A stretch of DNA of 64,000 bases, taken from IMG/VR virus record IMGVR_UViG_3300042731_007874, one strand, 5' to 3'. The translations under genes were made by a program, and so were the position numbers. Origin of the DNA: a virus. Below the pieces are notes generated by a model, which did not search any database, was not told the DNA's origin, and worked only from the letters and a program-made list of their open reading frames with translations. Below, in pieces: positions 34,230-45,097 of the stretch. The first letter of the stretch is position 1. Every line of letters starts with the position of its first letter.

Positions 34230-36352
34230 TGCCAGACGATAAAAAACCACAAAAAGGGAAGCAGCTAGATCTTAATGTAAAAACAATTCCTTCTCCTGTT
34301 AAGGTTTATACTCGAAACCAGAAACGAGGTAGAGAGCCAAACCAAACTTGGGAATCGCCTGAATGGAATCTAGCTGAATGTGGTCGAATTGTTGATGTTG
34401 ATTCTTATGCTCGGCGAGCCTTTAGAGTAAAGAAAAATTTATTTACAAAAGAAGGTTACGAATTTGTTTCAGAGAATCCTGAAAGATCAAAATATATACA
34501 ACAAAGATTTCTTCAGATGGAATTGGCGACAAAGAAACCAATGCCGATTCTTGTTTCGGAAACAGTCTCTTCTTTGATTAGATGTTCTAACGCATTTTGG
34601 GTAAAAGTTCGTAATTATAAAGCTTCAGCAGGGAGAGTCCGATATATAGGAAAAAAGAAACTTGATCCGATTGCTGGGTATTTTCTTTTACCGCCGGAAA
34701 CAGTTCAAATCAAACGTGACGAATATGGAAAGATCTTAAAATACCAACAAGTTATCCGTGGCAAAAATAGAATTGAGTTTCAGCCAGAAGATGTTATTCA
34801 TTTTTATTTTGATCGAAGGGAAGGATTTTCTGTAGGAACTCCTATCTTAACTCCAGTAAAAGATGACATTCGGGCTCTTAGGAGAATAGAAGAAGATCTG
34901 GAATTACTTCTTCACAATCACCTCTTTCCTCTGTTTCATTACAAGGTGGGGACAACGGACGCTCCGGCAACACTTCTGGCAGACGGAAGTAGTGAAGTAG
35001 ATAAAGTGTCTTTAGAAGTCGCCATGATGCCAGCAGATGGTTGTTGGGTTACTTCGGAAAGACACGAGATCAAAGCAGTTGAAACTTCTCCAGCTCCATT
35101 CCCAGTAGATAAAATAATTGCTCATTTTAAACAACGTATCTTTACTGGGCTTGGAGTCTCCTCTGTTGATATGGGAGAAGGAGCAGGGGCGTCAAGATCT
35201 ACTGCGCAAACTCTTAGTAGAAATTTAATTGACGACACAAAATCAGATCAAAAAGACTTTGGTGCTCTTTTCTTCTTAGAAGTAATCTTAGAGCTTCTGT
35301 TAGAGTCGACTTTCCCTGTAGACTCATTATTACAAGATGATAATTTAGTGTTCTTAAAATTCAATGAAATTGATTTAGAGGCCCGCCAAGCTAAAGAAAA
35401 TCACTTAATGGATATGTTTCTCAAGAACGGAATTACTCATTCTGAGCTTCGAACAGGTGCAGGCAGGAAGCCGTTTGAAGGGAATGGCTGGCTCTCTACT
35501 GGAGATGGAGATTGGGCTGAAACTAATTATGGGATTATTGAGAGAGATAAGATTCTCCTACAGTCTCTTGATGAGCCAGGAACTCCTGAATCAAAGGAAG
35601 AGACGAAGTCAAGAACGAAAGCGAACAATACAAAATCTGCTGGAGGGAATGCAGTTGAAAACAAAAACAAACCTGCCAACCAAACAGGTTCTCGTCCATC
35701 AGCGAAGTTAAATAAAGATTTCGCTGATTATTCTTCAGTTTATCCAATAATCCAGTCTAAAAAACTTCCATTATCAACTGCATTTTCTTCAGCCAGAAAA
35801 GAAATAATTACTGCTATCCAAACAGGAACATTTACAGAAAGTTCTTCTAAGGCAGTATTAGATCGATATTTCTTAAAAGCAAACCAAAACTTATTTTCTG
35901 TTTGTCGGCAATCTTTTTATTCCGGCTATCAGTTAACGAATCAAGACATTACAGAGGTAGAACTACATAATGTTTATTTTAGTATTAGACAACAGCTTGA
36001 TTTTTATTTAAATAAACTTCAAAAAGATCTTTATTCTTCGTTAATTAGAAATACTGAACAAGATATCTTATTCAAACAGGAAGACGTCACCTTTACAAAA
36101 TGGGTTTTTGATGCGCATTCAAGACGAGTGTCACAAATTGAAGACTGCGAAATAAAGAGATGTTTTAACTACGGGCTAGCAATTGGTCTTGAACAAAAAG
36201 GAGTAGAAATAGACTTTGAAGCAGCAGAAAATAATGACTGTCAGCTTTGTGCTAGCTCTATTTTGAAATATAAAGACAACAATGCTATAATTTTTAAAGA
36301 GTTACCTCCTTTCCATCCATCTTGTGGACATAAAGTGAGGAATTCGAGCTAA
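34229..36352 (+). CDS. portal protein with a C-terminal MuF-like extension
   Basis: Portal-type LIRCSNAFW, PPETVQI, EDVIHF and GTPILTPVKDDIRALRRIE segments; C-terminal CQLC...LPPFHPSC. Confidence 0.85.
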   Translation: MPDDKKPQKGKQLDLNVKTIPSPVKVYTRNQKRGREPNQTWESPEWNLAECGRIVDVDSYARRAFRVKKNLFTKEGYEFVSENPERSKYIQQRFLQMELATKKPMPILVSETVSSLIRCSNAFWVKVRNYKASAGRVRYIGKKKLDPIAGYFLLPPETVQIKRDEYGKILKYQQVIRGKNRIEFQPEDVIHFYFDRREGFSVGTPILTPVKDDIRALRRIEEDLELLLHNHLFPLFHYKVGTTDAPATLLADGSSEVDKVSLEVAMMPADGCWVTSERHEIKAVETSPAPFPVDKIIAHFKQRIFTGLGVSSVDMGEGAGASRSTAQTLSRNLIDDTKSDQKDFGALFFLEVILELLLESTFPVDSLLQDDNLVFLKFNEIDLEARQAKENHLMDMFLKNGITHSELRTGAGRKPFEGNGWLSTGDGDWAETNYGIIERDKILLQSLDEPGTPESKEETKSRTKANNTKSAGGNAVENKNKPANQTGSRPSAKLNKDFADYSSVYPIIQSKKLPLSTAFSSARKEIITAIQTGTFTESSSKAVLDRYFLKANQNLFSVCRQSFYSGYQLTNQDITEVELHNVYFSIRQQLDFYLNKLQKDLYSSLIRNTEQDILFKQEDVTFTKWVFDAHSRRVSQIEDCEIKRCFNYGLAIGLEQKGVEIDFEAAENNDCQLCASSILKYKDNNAIIFKELPPFHPSCGHKVRNSS

Positions 36353-36367
36353 GGAGTTTTAAAACAT

Positions 36368-38464
36368 ATGCCGCAAATTGCACAATTTAGAGATTTTTTT
36401 GAGTTGGTTCCTCCCACCCAAGAAGATTTTCAAGCGTTTGAGGATTCTAAAGCTTCCAGTTCAAAAAAGAAAAAAGGACTGGAGGTTACTTTTGTTGCAA
36501 CTAATTCAGGAAAAGTAAACCATAACCTTCGTTTGTATCTTCCTTCTTTGATGGAAGAGGGGGCAGATTCTTTTATAAACAGAAAGAAACCGGCTAAAAT
36601 CTTAAAACACCACAACGGGATGTCTGATCCAGTTGGTAAGATTACTGGGTCGGAATATGTTTCTAACATTCCAGATAGTCTAAAAGACGATCCTAATGTC
36701 AAGATTATGACCGATAAAGAACTTCCTATTGATGTAAAACTAAAGGCAGTTCGAAATTTTATCGCAAGTAGGGTCCCGTTGTCTTCTGATTTTCAAGGAC
36801 TTGGCTATATAAAGTTAAAAGGTCTTATTTTAGATAACGAAACCATTGAACAAATTAAAGACGGAAGGTATGACGAAGTTAGTACTTCTTTCCATTCCCC
36901 TGGATTAGTATTTTGTTCAGAATGCGGCACAAATCTTACAAAAGATGATTGTGAGCATTATCCAGGAAGGATTTATTATGAAGACGAGGAAGAGAAAACA
37001 AACGGAGCTATTTGCGTAATCGTTCCTGGGAAACATTTGTATGACGAATGTAGTCTTGTAGTAAATCCTGCAGACAGTGATACCGAAATAAAATTCGGTG
37101 ATATGAAAGAAACACTAGTCTCTTTGGGAGACACAGATAAAACTATTAAGGAGTATCAAATTGCCCGAAAGGAGATCTTTAGCGATGATGCTTCTTATGT
37201 TCTTAAAAATGACGAGGAGGAACCAATGAAGCTTTCTGATTCTCAACAGAAGGTCTTCGAGGTTATCAAGAATCTCCGACCGGAAATGTCGGAAGAAGAC
37301 GCAAAATCAATGGCAGTTAAGATAGAGGCTATGGTCGATAAGGATGGAGTTTATCCTAATCAGCTAGAAGCAGAGATTGATAACAACACTGCAATTGAAT
37401 ATATCCTTGATGATCTTGAAACATCTGAAGAAGAAATTAACGCGGATGAGGTTTATGAGGAACTAGAGAAAGAATTGGTTTCTCTTGAACTTGAAGATGC
37501 AAAACTTTCCACTAAGCAACGAAAAGATTTGCCAGCAAGTGCTTTTTGTGGCCCTAATAGGAGTTTCCCAGTTAATGACTGTGCCCATGTAACGGCAGCC
37601 CGGAGACTTCTTGGCCGTTATAAAGGACCTGGCAATAAAACTAGTATTCTTGCTTGTATAAATCGAAAAGCAAAATCACTAGGATGTGACAGCTCAGATT
37701 CTACCAAGCCTGATGATCAAGAACCAACAAATGATTTTGTTTTACCAACATGCGAAGCAATTAAAAGCTTAAATGACGAAGATATGCTTTTGCTTTTCTC
37801 TATGGCAGAGACAGAACTTATTGACAGGAAGAAAAAGCTTCCTAGAGAGTGCTCTAGTTGTGCAGAAGCTCATGCTCTCAAAGACAAAGCTGTAGCGGAA
37901 AAAGAACTTACTACTGACGAACTTAATAAATTATCTTCTAAAGTGGTTGCTCTTCGAGAAGAATTTCGGCTTCAGGCAGCTGACTATCAGAATCTGGTTT
38001 CGGACTACGCTTTACTCGGAGCAAAACTAGACGACCTGAAACGAGATAAGCTTTCATTAATGAAGGTTCTTTCTGGTTCAGGAAAGATGTCTTTGGACGA
38101 AGCAAAAGATAGTCTTAAACAGGCAGATCTGGAACGAGCAGAGATTACGATTTCTGATAATTTTGATTTAGAGAAGATTTCTGACAAGCTTTTTGACGGA
38201 ATGGATCATACTCCATCAGGAGAGCAGGTAGGAGATCCTTCGGTTCATCCTGATAATCAAGGAGAACCAGAGTTCACTGCTAGGGAGCAGATCGCGATCA
38301 AAAGAATAGAGGAAGCCCTTCGAGACAAAAATGAAACTGAAGCCTATCGGCTCTATGATAAATTTGTATCTATTGAAGTAATAAATCCAACCAAAATTAC
38401 TTTTGAGAAAATAGCGGAAGACGCTACAGAAGATAATTCAGGAGGTAATAGTAATGACAATTAA
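36368..38464 (+). CDS. prohead protease/scaffold fusion
   Basis: ILKHHN..PVGKI, EVSTSF and ECSLVVNPAD protease motifs; long coiled-coil C-terminus; follows the portal gene. Confidence 0.8.
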   Translation: MPQIAQFRDFFELVPPTQEDFQAFEDSKASSSKKKKGLEVTFVATNSGKVNHNLRLYLPSLMEEGADSFINRKKPAKILKHHNGMSDPVGKITGSEYVSNIPDSLKDDPNVKIMTDKELPIDVKLKAVRNFIASRVPLSSDFQGLGYIKLKGLILDNETIEQIKDGRYDEVSTSFHSPGLVFCSECGTNLTKDDCEHYPGRIYYEDEEEKTNGAICVIVPGKHLYDECSLVVNPADSDTEIKFGDMKETLVSLGDTDKTIKEYQIARKEIFSDDASYVLKNDEEEPMKLSDSQQKVFEVIKNLRPEMSEEDAKSMAVKIEAMVDKDGVYPNQLEAEIDNNTAIEYILDDLETSEEEINADEVYEELEKELVSLELEDAKLSTKQRKDLPASAFCGPNRSFPVNDCAHVTAARRLLGRYKGPGNKTSILACINRKAKSLGCDSSDSTKPDDQEPTNDFVLPTCEAIKSLNDEDMLLLFSMAETELIDRKKKLPRECSSCAEAHALKDKAVAEKELTTDELNKLSSKVVALREEFRLQAADYQNLVSDYALLGAKLDDLKRDKLSLMKVLSGSGKMSLDEAKDSLKQADLERAEITISDNFDLEKISDKLFDGMDHTPSGEQVGDPSVHPDNQGEPEFTAREQIAIKRIEEALRDKNETEAYRLYDKFVSIEVINPTKITFEKIAEDATEDNSGGNSNDN

Positions 38465-39863
38465 TCGCGGATTTACCGCTAACCACAAAGTTTATGACCG
38501 GATGACTCGGTTAACTCCTGTCGTGGAGAAATCCGAGTCGGAACGGCTATTTTCAAATGCAACTGTAGCTGCGTGGCTACCGGTTTCTCGACAAACAGAA
38601 GATGTTGGTGCTTATGTTGTAATCTCAACTGGTAAGGCTGTTGCTCTAGACAACGAGAATCACTATGTACCGGCTGGATTGCGAAAGACCTGGAACACTG
38701 CGACCAGCACAACCATTCTTACTTATGCTGCAGCAGACGTTACAGAAAAGACTACTGACTTAACAACTGGAGTGGCTGTTGCTGCTGCGACTAGTTATAC
38801 TGAAACTCAGGTAACAACTGCTCTTCGAGAAAGAGGTCTTATTCGAGCAACTGAACGAGCTACTGATTTTATCAGTAAGCCTATCGGGGTTGCTTCTTAT
38901 GACTTTTTGAATGCGGCTGGTTCAGATCCTAACGATCCTAAAACCTACCGTTTCAACAATCATAACCCCCAGGCGAAACAGGTTTGTACTGCTGACTATA
39001 TTCTTCAGTATCCTCTCTTCCCGGCAATTGCCGAAACAGAAGCCACTGCTGATCGTACTAGTGGAGCAGCTGGCTTGATGGAGGATATTTTTGATGGGAC
39101 AACTACTCGAAATTCTTCAGCAACTGGATTCTTTAGTTCAACTCAAATTGCAGAGGTAACTCGTTATGCTTCTGAAGTTTCTGCTGGAGACGACGTTGTT
39201 GCCTTTGTCACTGTTAATTATCCCATCTCTGCGAATACCGCGCAGACTCCGATGTCGACTTCTACTTCTAGTTGTCTTGTAAATGAAGTTGGAAGCATTG
39301 GGGCTATCCGGGCAGCTGGGGATTATTTCGTTGACGAGAAAATGGGAGTTATCTTCCTCTATGAATCTGGTGGAGACGCTGTTCCTAGTCCATGGGTTGC
39401 TGCTACTACAACCATTACCTACTACCACTACCAGACAGAAGGGACTGGCAATACACTCTCGACATTTGCTTGTGTTCTTGGTGACGTTGGTCCTGGAGAC
39501 TTTCTCACTTACGACGACAATAGTAACTTGATTAAGGCTGTTTTGGACATCTCGGCTGCAGAAGGATATGACTCTAGCGAAGCTCTTTATAGTGCAGATC
39601 CTGATTATGATGACGCTGGTGAAGATGCGGCTATTTCGTTACAGATTGAAAAAGCAGTCCAGAATTACGTAGAAGGTATTGTTGGTCAGGTTGTTGGAAT
39701 TGAAACTTTCCCTCGTGGGGGTTTAGACAAAGTAGCAACTGCTTTTATGGGAGAGACTGCAGTTAACATGCAAACTCCAGGAACAGCTACTTCTGGCCGA
39801 ACAGACAATCTAACATATGCATCAGCATCGACCAAGATGGTGCTGGTTAATTTACTGAAGTAA
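38454..39863 (+). CDS. head decoration/cement-like structural protein
   Basis: Ala/Thr-rich; lies between protease and capsid genes. Confidence 0.6.
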   Translation: MTINRGFTANHKVYDRMTRLTPVVEKSESERLFSNATVAAWLPVSRQTEDVGAYVVISTGKAVALDNENHYVPAGLRKTWNTATSTTILTYAAADVTEKTTDLTTGVAVAAATSYTETQVTTALRERGLIRATERATDFISKPIGVASYDFLNAAGSDPNDPKTYRFNNHNPQAKQVCTADYILQYPLFPAIAETEATADRTSGAAGLMEDIFDGTTTRNSSATGFFSSTQIAEVTRYASEVSAGDDVVAFVTVNYPISANTAQTPMSTSTSSCLVNEVGSIGAIRAAGDYFVDEKMGVIFLYESGGDAVPSPWVAATTTITYYHYQTEGTGNTLSTFACVLGDVGPGDFLTYDDNSNLIKAVLDISAAEGYDSSEALYSADPDYDDAGEDAAISLQIEKAVQNYVEGIVGQVVGIETFPRGGLDKVATAFMGETAVNMQTPGTATSGRTDNLTYASASTKMVLVNLLK

Positions 39864-39880
39864 ATAGGAGGCATCACACA

Positions 39881-41188
39881 ATGAGTAAATTTACACAAGA
39901 GGTTTATGCTGCTGCTTTTGGAGACGCAGTAAAGCTAAGCCCTACTGACCCAAAGGTTAAAGAGACCAACCGCTCTTTTATTGACACATGGAAGAACAAT
40001 GGTTGGAATGAGGTTGTCTCTGAACGATTCGAAATAAGTGACCTTATCGCAACTCCGAATGCGACTCACTGGCTTCCCCAGGTTATTGAAGAGATCGTTC
40101 GAGAACCAGTCGAGCCTCTGACTATTATTCCGTCTATTCTTGACAGGGTAAACTATACTTCTGGTTTGCGAATTACCCTCCCTGCGATTGGCGCTATTGT
40201 TGCAGATGACATTGCAGAAGGACAGCCTTACCCAGAAACCCAACTCCAGATTGCTCCTGGTTCTCAGACAATCACCGTTGGTAAGAGTGGTGTAGCGTTT
40301 AAGATCTCGGAAGAGATGATTAAACATTCGATGTTTGATATTGTTAACCTACATCTTATGGCTGGACGGAAAGCCCTTGATCGACATAAAGAGGTTAAAG
40401 GTTTTAACTATATTACCGGCATGGGTGTTGAGCTTTTTAATAACAGGACTCCTACAACTTCAGTGCATGGTGTTTGTACTGGTCGAGCTATTGATGGTTC
40501 TGGTAACGGCTCCATGCGAATGGAAGACCTTATTAAAGCTTATGCTCATGTAATGTTCCAGGGGTTTATTCCTAACGCTCTAATCCTTCATCCTTTAACT
40601 TGGGCGATGTGGATGGCGGATCCGGTTCTACGGATCATCGCTATGAATACCGGAAATATGGGCGCTTGGTTTAACAATCCCAATGTTGCGCGACAGTCTC
40701 TGCCTTGGCAGAACTCTTCACAGGCTCGTCGTGGTCGTTCTGGTGGTTTTGGACAGTACACTCCTGGTGGGAATGCGGCAAGTGCTACAGCAACTGCTCT
40801 TACAGCAATGGATCCTACTCTTTCTAGTCGGCCAAGCATTCCGGGTTATTTCCCCTTCCCGCTGCAGACAATTGTTACTCCTTTTGCTCCTTATAATGTG
40901 GCGAATAATACTTGCGATATTATCATCTGCGACTTGAATAGCCTTGGGGCTCTTGTTGTTGAAGAGGATGTTAGTGTGGACGAATGGGACGACAAGTCTG
41001 TTGACATGACTAAGTACAAACTTAGAGAGAAATACTCTTTTGCGGTTTATGACGAAGGCCTGGGCATCGGTGTTATGAAGAACATTCCGGTGAAAGCAAA
41101 TGAGATTGCTCTGCCAATGCAGGCTACTATTTCTGGAGCTGGAAGCTTGAGCGAAATTAGTGCTTCAACTGCAATCGCTGGACTCTAG
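39881..41188 (+). CDS. major capsid protein
   Basis: 435 aa; HK97-like pattern (LPQVIEEIVRE, AEGQPYPE, KSGVAFKISEEMI, KLREKY); followed by a strong terminator. Confidence 0.9.
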   Translation: MSKFTQEVYAAAFGDAVKLSPTDPKVKETNRSFIDTWKNNGWNEVVSERFEISDLIATPNATHWLPQVIEEIVREPVEPLTIIPSILDRVNYTSGLRITLPAIGAIVADDIAEGQPYPETQLQIAPGSQTITVGKSGVAFKISEEMIKHSMFDIVNLHLMAGRKALDRHKEVKGFNYITGMGVELFNNRTPTTSVHGVCTGRAIDGSGNGSMRMEDLIKAYAHVMFQGFIPNALILHPLTWAMWMADPVLRIIAMNTGNMGAWFNNPNVARQSLPWQNSSQARRGRSGGFGQYTPGGNAASATATALTAMDPTLSSRPSIPGYFPFPLQTIVTPFAPYNVANNTCDIIICDLNSLGALVVEEDVSVDEWDDKSVDMTKYKLREKYSFAVYDEGLGIGVMKNIPVKANEIALPMQATISGAGSLSEISASTAIAGL

Positions 41189-41218
41189 TGGCCGCTGAGG
41201 CTGAGGTGATGTGACTTT

Positions 41219-41256
41219 GAATAGGGAGGTAGGTTTCTGCTTCCCTATTCTTTTTT
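41219..41256 (+). terminator. Rho-independent terminator
   Basis: 14-bp stem GAATAGGGAGGTAG/CTGCTTCCCTATTC followed by T6. Confidence 0.85.
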
Positions 41257-41277
41257 AAACAAAAGGAGATAAGTTTT

Positions 41278-41799
41278 ATGAGGTTAGTAACAATACAACT
41301 TGGAGCTGGTACTCCGTTTTGGTTTTTGGGCGAAGACGGAAAAGTTATGCTCACTTACGAGAAGCCAGATTCAGGCTTAATAGATATTGAGGAGTTAGAT
41401 GAAGACGATATTAAGACTATTAATAGTGGTATTCGTACTCGTTCTATAAAGGTTTTTGACGAAGACAACCGACGTCTTTTCGATTTAAATTTAGCTTCTC
41501 TTGTTAATTGTGCATATAATGTCGATCTAGAAGATCTTGAAGAATCAGAGCTTCCTGAAGTCCCTTCTGTTACAATAAGAGAAGAACCGGAAGAAGAAGT
41601 CATTACTGTTTCCGAAAAAGATTATGAAGAAGCTGAAATACTTCTATCAAAAAACGGCAATACAGTAAAGAAGTCTATTCTACAATTCTCTGTCTCTCCA
41701 GACTTAATTCCGTTCTTAACAGCATGTTTGGAATTAGAACAAACTGGCAAGCAGAGGAAGGCTGTACTCGGAGCACTTCAGGAAAAGTTAAATGGATAA
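41278..41799 (+). CDS. acidic hypothetical protein
   Basis: 173-aa ORF; SD AGGAGA. Confidence 0.7.
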   Translation: MRLVTIQLGAGTPFWFLGEDGKVMLTYEKPDSGLIDIEELDEDDIKTINSGIRTRSIKVFDEDNRRLFDLNLASLVNCAYNVDLEDLEESELPEVPSVTIREEPEEEVITVSEKDYEEAEILLSKNGNTVKKSILQFSVSPDLIPFLTACLELEQTGKQRKAVLGALQEKLNG

Positions 41800-42046
41800 T
41801 AAAGAAAGACTAAGGGAAAAGTTTCTAAAAGGGTTAAAAGAATTTTCTGATAACTTAAAGCCTGATAGTACTTTTTTAGAAAGAAAAGTTCCAAAAGAAG
41901 AAGTCGATAAACTGAAAGAGATTGCAAAAAAACAAAAAGAAGACGAACAAAAACAAAAGGTTTTACAGCAAACACGAGAAATGAGTTCAAGTACAAATGA
42001 TCTTTTGGATACTTTGGTTAATGAATTTAATGTGATTGACGAGTAA
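41792..42046 (+). CDS. hypothetical protein
   Basis: 84-aa charged ORF. Confidence 0.65.
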   Translation: MDNKERLREKFLKGLKEFSDNLKPDSTFLERKVPKEEVDKLKEIAKKQKEDEQKQKVLQQTREMSSSTNDLLDTLVNEFNVIDE

Positions 42047-42054
42047 GGAGAGAA

Positions 42055-43824
42055 ATGGCAACAACTCCTAGTATTGTAGATGTCTATCCGTCAAATCAGG
42101 CTAACGGTATTCCTATTGGAGATAGTGTTACAGTTACCTTTGATCAAGAAATGGATGAGTCTTCTATTAATGCCGGGACTTTTGTTGTTAGTGGACCAGA
42201 CACTTCTAATATCTTTGGTCCTGACTTAACACCAATAGAACAAGTAGGAGTAGATGACCAGGATTCTGTATTAAGCTCTCCTTATTTTGGCGGGTTTGTT
42301 GAAGGAATAATAACTTTTGAGAAGACAAACGCTTCTGGAGGTTCTGTTGCTGATTCGGTTTTAGATCAAACAGGAGCAGGAGATCAGTGGTATACAAAAG
42401 CAATCTTCACTCCATCGATACCTTTAAGACCAAATGTAGAATATACTGTTTTGTTGGCAGGAGACGAAGATCCTACAAACGCATTTGATTCTGGAGTAAG
42501 AACAAGAACAGTTTTTGATGCAGTAGAAGTTTCTGTTTCTGGAAGCGGGACGGTTGCTTTTTCCGGAGGGTATACTGGAGCAACAACTAGAACTTATGTT
42601 TTGGAGATTACAGGTGCTGGAGCTACTGGAGTAGCCGAATATCAATGGTGGAGGCAATCAGATCCATTAACCGTTTATGACGGTACTACAACAACCGGTT
42701 ATAGAGAACTAGAAGATGGTTTAGTTGTTTCTTTTGGAGCTGATGGTTCTTTCTCGGTAGGAGATCAGTGGTCTGTTGTTGTTGTTCCGTTTATTGTATT
42801 ACCAAACACATATTCTTGGACGTTCTCAACTGGATCGGGATCTGTCTTAACACCTCCCTCTTCTTCTAGTTCTAGTGGCATAAGTTTAATTGGTTCTGTT
42901 ACCACTGGAGCATTACAAGTTAGTGAGCTTTCTCCTTCTATAGGTCAGTATGGAGTTGAGATTTCAGAAGACCCTTATACTGGAGAATCAATTACAATTA
43001 ATTTTGCAGGAACCAGCCCAATAGACGCAGACACAGTTACTTCTGACACTGTTTCTGTTATTTCGGAACCGGCTCTTGCTAGTCTCGGATTTAATTACAC
43101 GGGAGAGCTAGAAGCAACCGCTACAGTTTCTGGTACTACAATTACAATTACATTAGAACCAGGACAGCTTTACCAAAATAACATTGTCACGGTTGTTCTT
43201 GATAAAGACATTGCAAACGAAGCTGGCCAAACATTAGGAGAAGATTATACTTTTTACTTCTCAACTCCTTATACTCCTTTGTATGCCGGAGACAGAAGAA
43301 TTTATCTTGATCTTGGTTCTGTCTTATCTGATGTCTTAGAAGAAACTATTTATTTGGCCCTGTTAGAAGCAAGTCTCGCCGCAGATAAGATTTCATTCTC
43401 AACTTCTATTTCAAACACTTCTTTCTTTCAACACGCTCGCAGAGAATATGTTCTTTGTTATGCAGAATGGCTACTGGCCGCAGGTCTTACTTCTTCTTCC
43501 GGAGGAGATAAATTATCAAAGAGGCTTGGTAATCTTTCTGTTTCTAGAGGATCTCTTTCAGGTCTGGAAAAACTAAAAGACGACAAAAGAGACTGCATGG
43601 CCTATTGGGAGATTACCGTTAAAACAGGAGGAGAAGTTACTCCGGACGCAAGCTTATTACCGCAGACAACCGTTAAAGGGCTTTTGTCAGAAGACTCAAT
43701 TACTGTAGGAAGACTATGGGAGCCTATGTCAAGAGTAGGCTATACTCCTGCCGCTAATACTCGGAGAGGCAGATATAACTATAGCTCTAGAAGAACTTTT
43801 AGAACTTACAGAAAGAAACACTAA
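42055..43824 (+). CDS. Ig-like domain protein fused to a probable head-tail adaptor
   Basis: PSIVDVYP..IPIGDSVTVTFDQEMD and second Ig-like unit; C-terminal helical region with KRLGNLSV. Confidence 0.65.
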   Translation: MATTPSIVDVYPSNQANGIPIGDSVTVTFDQEMDESSINAGTFVVSGPDTSNIFGPDLTPIEQVGVDDQDSVLSSPYFGGFVEGIITFEKTNASGGSVADSVLDQTGAGDQWYTKAIFTPSIPLRPNVEYTVLLAGDEDPTNAFDSGVRTRTVFDAVEVSVSGSGTVAFSGGYTGATTRTYVLEITGAGATGVAEYQWWRQSDPLTVYDGTTTTGYRELEDGLVVSFGADGSFSVGDQWSVVVVPFIVLPNTYSWTFSTGSGSVLTPPSSSSSSGISLIGSVTTGALQVSELSPSIGQYGVEISEDPYTGESITINFAGTSPIDADTVTSDTVSVISEPALASLGFNYTGELEATATVSGTTITITLEPGQLYQNNIVTVVLDKDIANEAGQTLGEDYTFYFSTPYTPLYAGDRRIYLDLGSVLSDVLEETIYLALLEASLAADKISFSTSISNTSFFQHARREYVLCYAEWLLAAGLTSSSGGDKLSKRLGNLSVSRGSLSGLEKLKDDKRDCMAYWEITVKTGGEVTPDASLLPQTTVKGLLSEDSITVGRLWEPMSRVGYTPAANTRRGRYNYSSRRTFRTYRKKH

Positions 43825-44384
43825 TGGCAGGACGTTCTCCACATGGTGTTCTTTATTCTCAAGGTACAGAAATAGATCTTCGTGCAGAACTGTATAAAAC
43901 ACTATATGGATCTGTTGATGAGGTACCAAAAGGAAGAATAGGTCTTCTTCGAAAAATGCGCCGTAATTCTTCTGGAGAGCTTCTAAGATGTGTTTGTAGA
44001 AGTAATTTAACTGATGAACCGGATTCTGATACCTATTGCAGATACTGTTTGGGACATGGTTGTTACTGGGACGAATCAAAAATAACTTACTTTAAAGATG
44101 ATGAATCTTTTAGGCGACATGAAGGAGTAACTAAAGAATACGAAGATTCTATTTTTTATGTTGAACACGACGTTCTTGTAACAGATGATGATTATATTAT
44201 TGAAATTAGCGTTAACTCCAATGGAGATGTTATAATTCCTATTGAACGGATTGGTTTCTTTAAGATTTTAAAAGCTGATCCTATGAGAAGTGATAAAGGA
44301 CGTATCGAGTTCTTCCAGATAAGAGCAAAGGAAGAACGAAAATGGAGTGTTTATTATGGTGTCACGAATCGACAATATAACTGA
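43824..44384 (+). CDS. neck/head-closure protein (probable)
   Basis: Position; CxC...CxxC insertion; beta-rich. Confidence 0.6.
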   Translation: MAGRSPHGVLYSQGTEIDLRAELYKTLYGSVDEVPKGRIGLLRKMRRNSSGELLRCVCRSNLTDEPDSDTYCRYCLGHGCYWDESKITYFKDDESFRRHEGVTKEYEDSIFYVEHDVLVTDDDYIIEISVNSNGDVIIPIERIGFFKILKADPMRSDKGRIEFFQIRAKEERKWSVYYGVTNRQYN

Positions 44385-45084
44385 TCTACCGACAATTACA
44401 ATTCCCCATCTAGGGGTTTCTTATAATGAGTCGGATCTTTATAAAATGATTCAGGAATATTGGGATACGTTAGCACAGAAAGATAACGCCAATAGGTTTA
44501 ATTCTCCACCATCTGGGTTGACAATCGTTGATTTTTTAGAGTTAGTTAAAAACGCAGTAGAACATAAACAGACATTTGAGTCAATTCCTTCGGACAGAAG
44601 ATTATTGTTCTTGACGGAAGATCCGCCTGAAGAAATCGATACAGAAGGTATTACTTGTGAACTAACTACTCGTAGACCAGGAAGTTTTTCTCGTGGCCCG
44701 GCGGCCCAAGGAAAAATTAAAGAAGTTACTGCTCACATGAGAGCAATGATAGATCATCCAGAAAGTCCTGGTGAAAAGCTTATTACTATGGGCCGGAAAC
44801 ATGATAATTTTATAACTTTTTATACTTATGCCAAAACAAACAGGTCTTCACTTAGACGGGCTCTGTGGTTTGAAGAACTAATGGAATCTTATCGGTGGTA
44901 CTTTAGAATCTTTGGTTTTAATGCCATTCAAGAGGAGATTTCAAAAAAAGAAATCGTTAATATAGGAGAACTCAAATTAAGAAGATATCCTATTAGATAT
45001 ATCGTAATGACAGATGATACTTTCCATGTCACTTCTCAAGAACTACGAGACGTTACATTAAAGGTTACTTTGTCGAATGGTTAA
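44347..45084 (+). CDS. tail completion/terminator protein (probable)
   Basis: Position immediately before the sheath gene. Confidence 0.55.
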   Translation: MFIMVSRIDNITDLPTITIPHLGVSYNESDLYKMIQEYWDTLAQKDNANRFNSPPSGLTIVDFLELVKNAVEHKQTFESIPSDRRLLFLTEDPPEEIDTEGITCELTTRRPGSFSRGPAAQGKIKEVTAHMRAMIDHPESPGEKLITMGRKHDNFITFYTYAKTNRSSLRRALWFEELMESYRWYFRIFGFNAIQEEISKKEIVNIGELKLRRYPIRYIVMTDDTFHVTSQELRDVTLKVTLSNG

Positions 45085-45097
45085 TTAGGAGGCTAAA

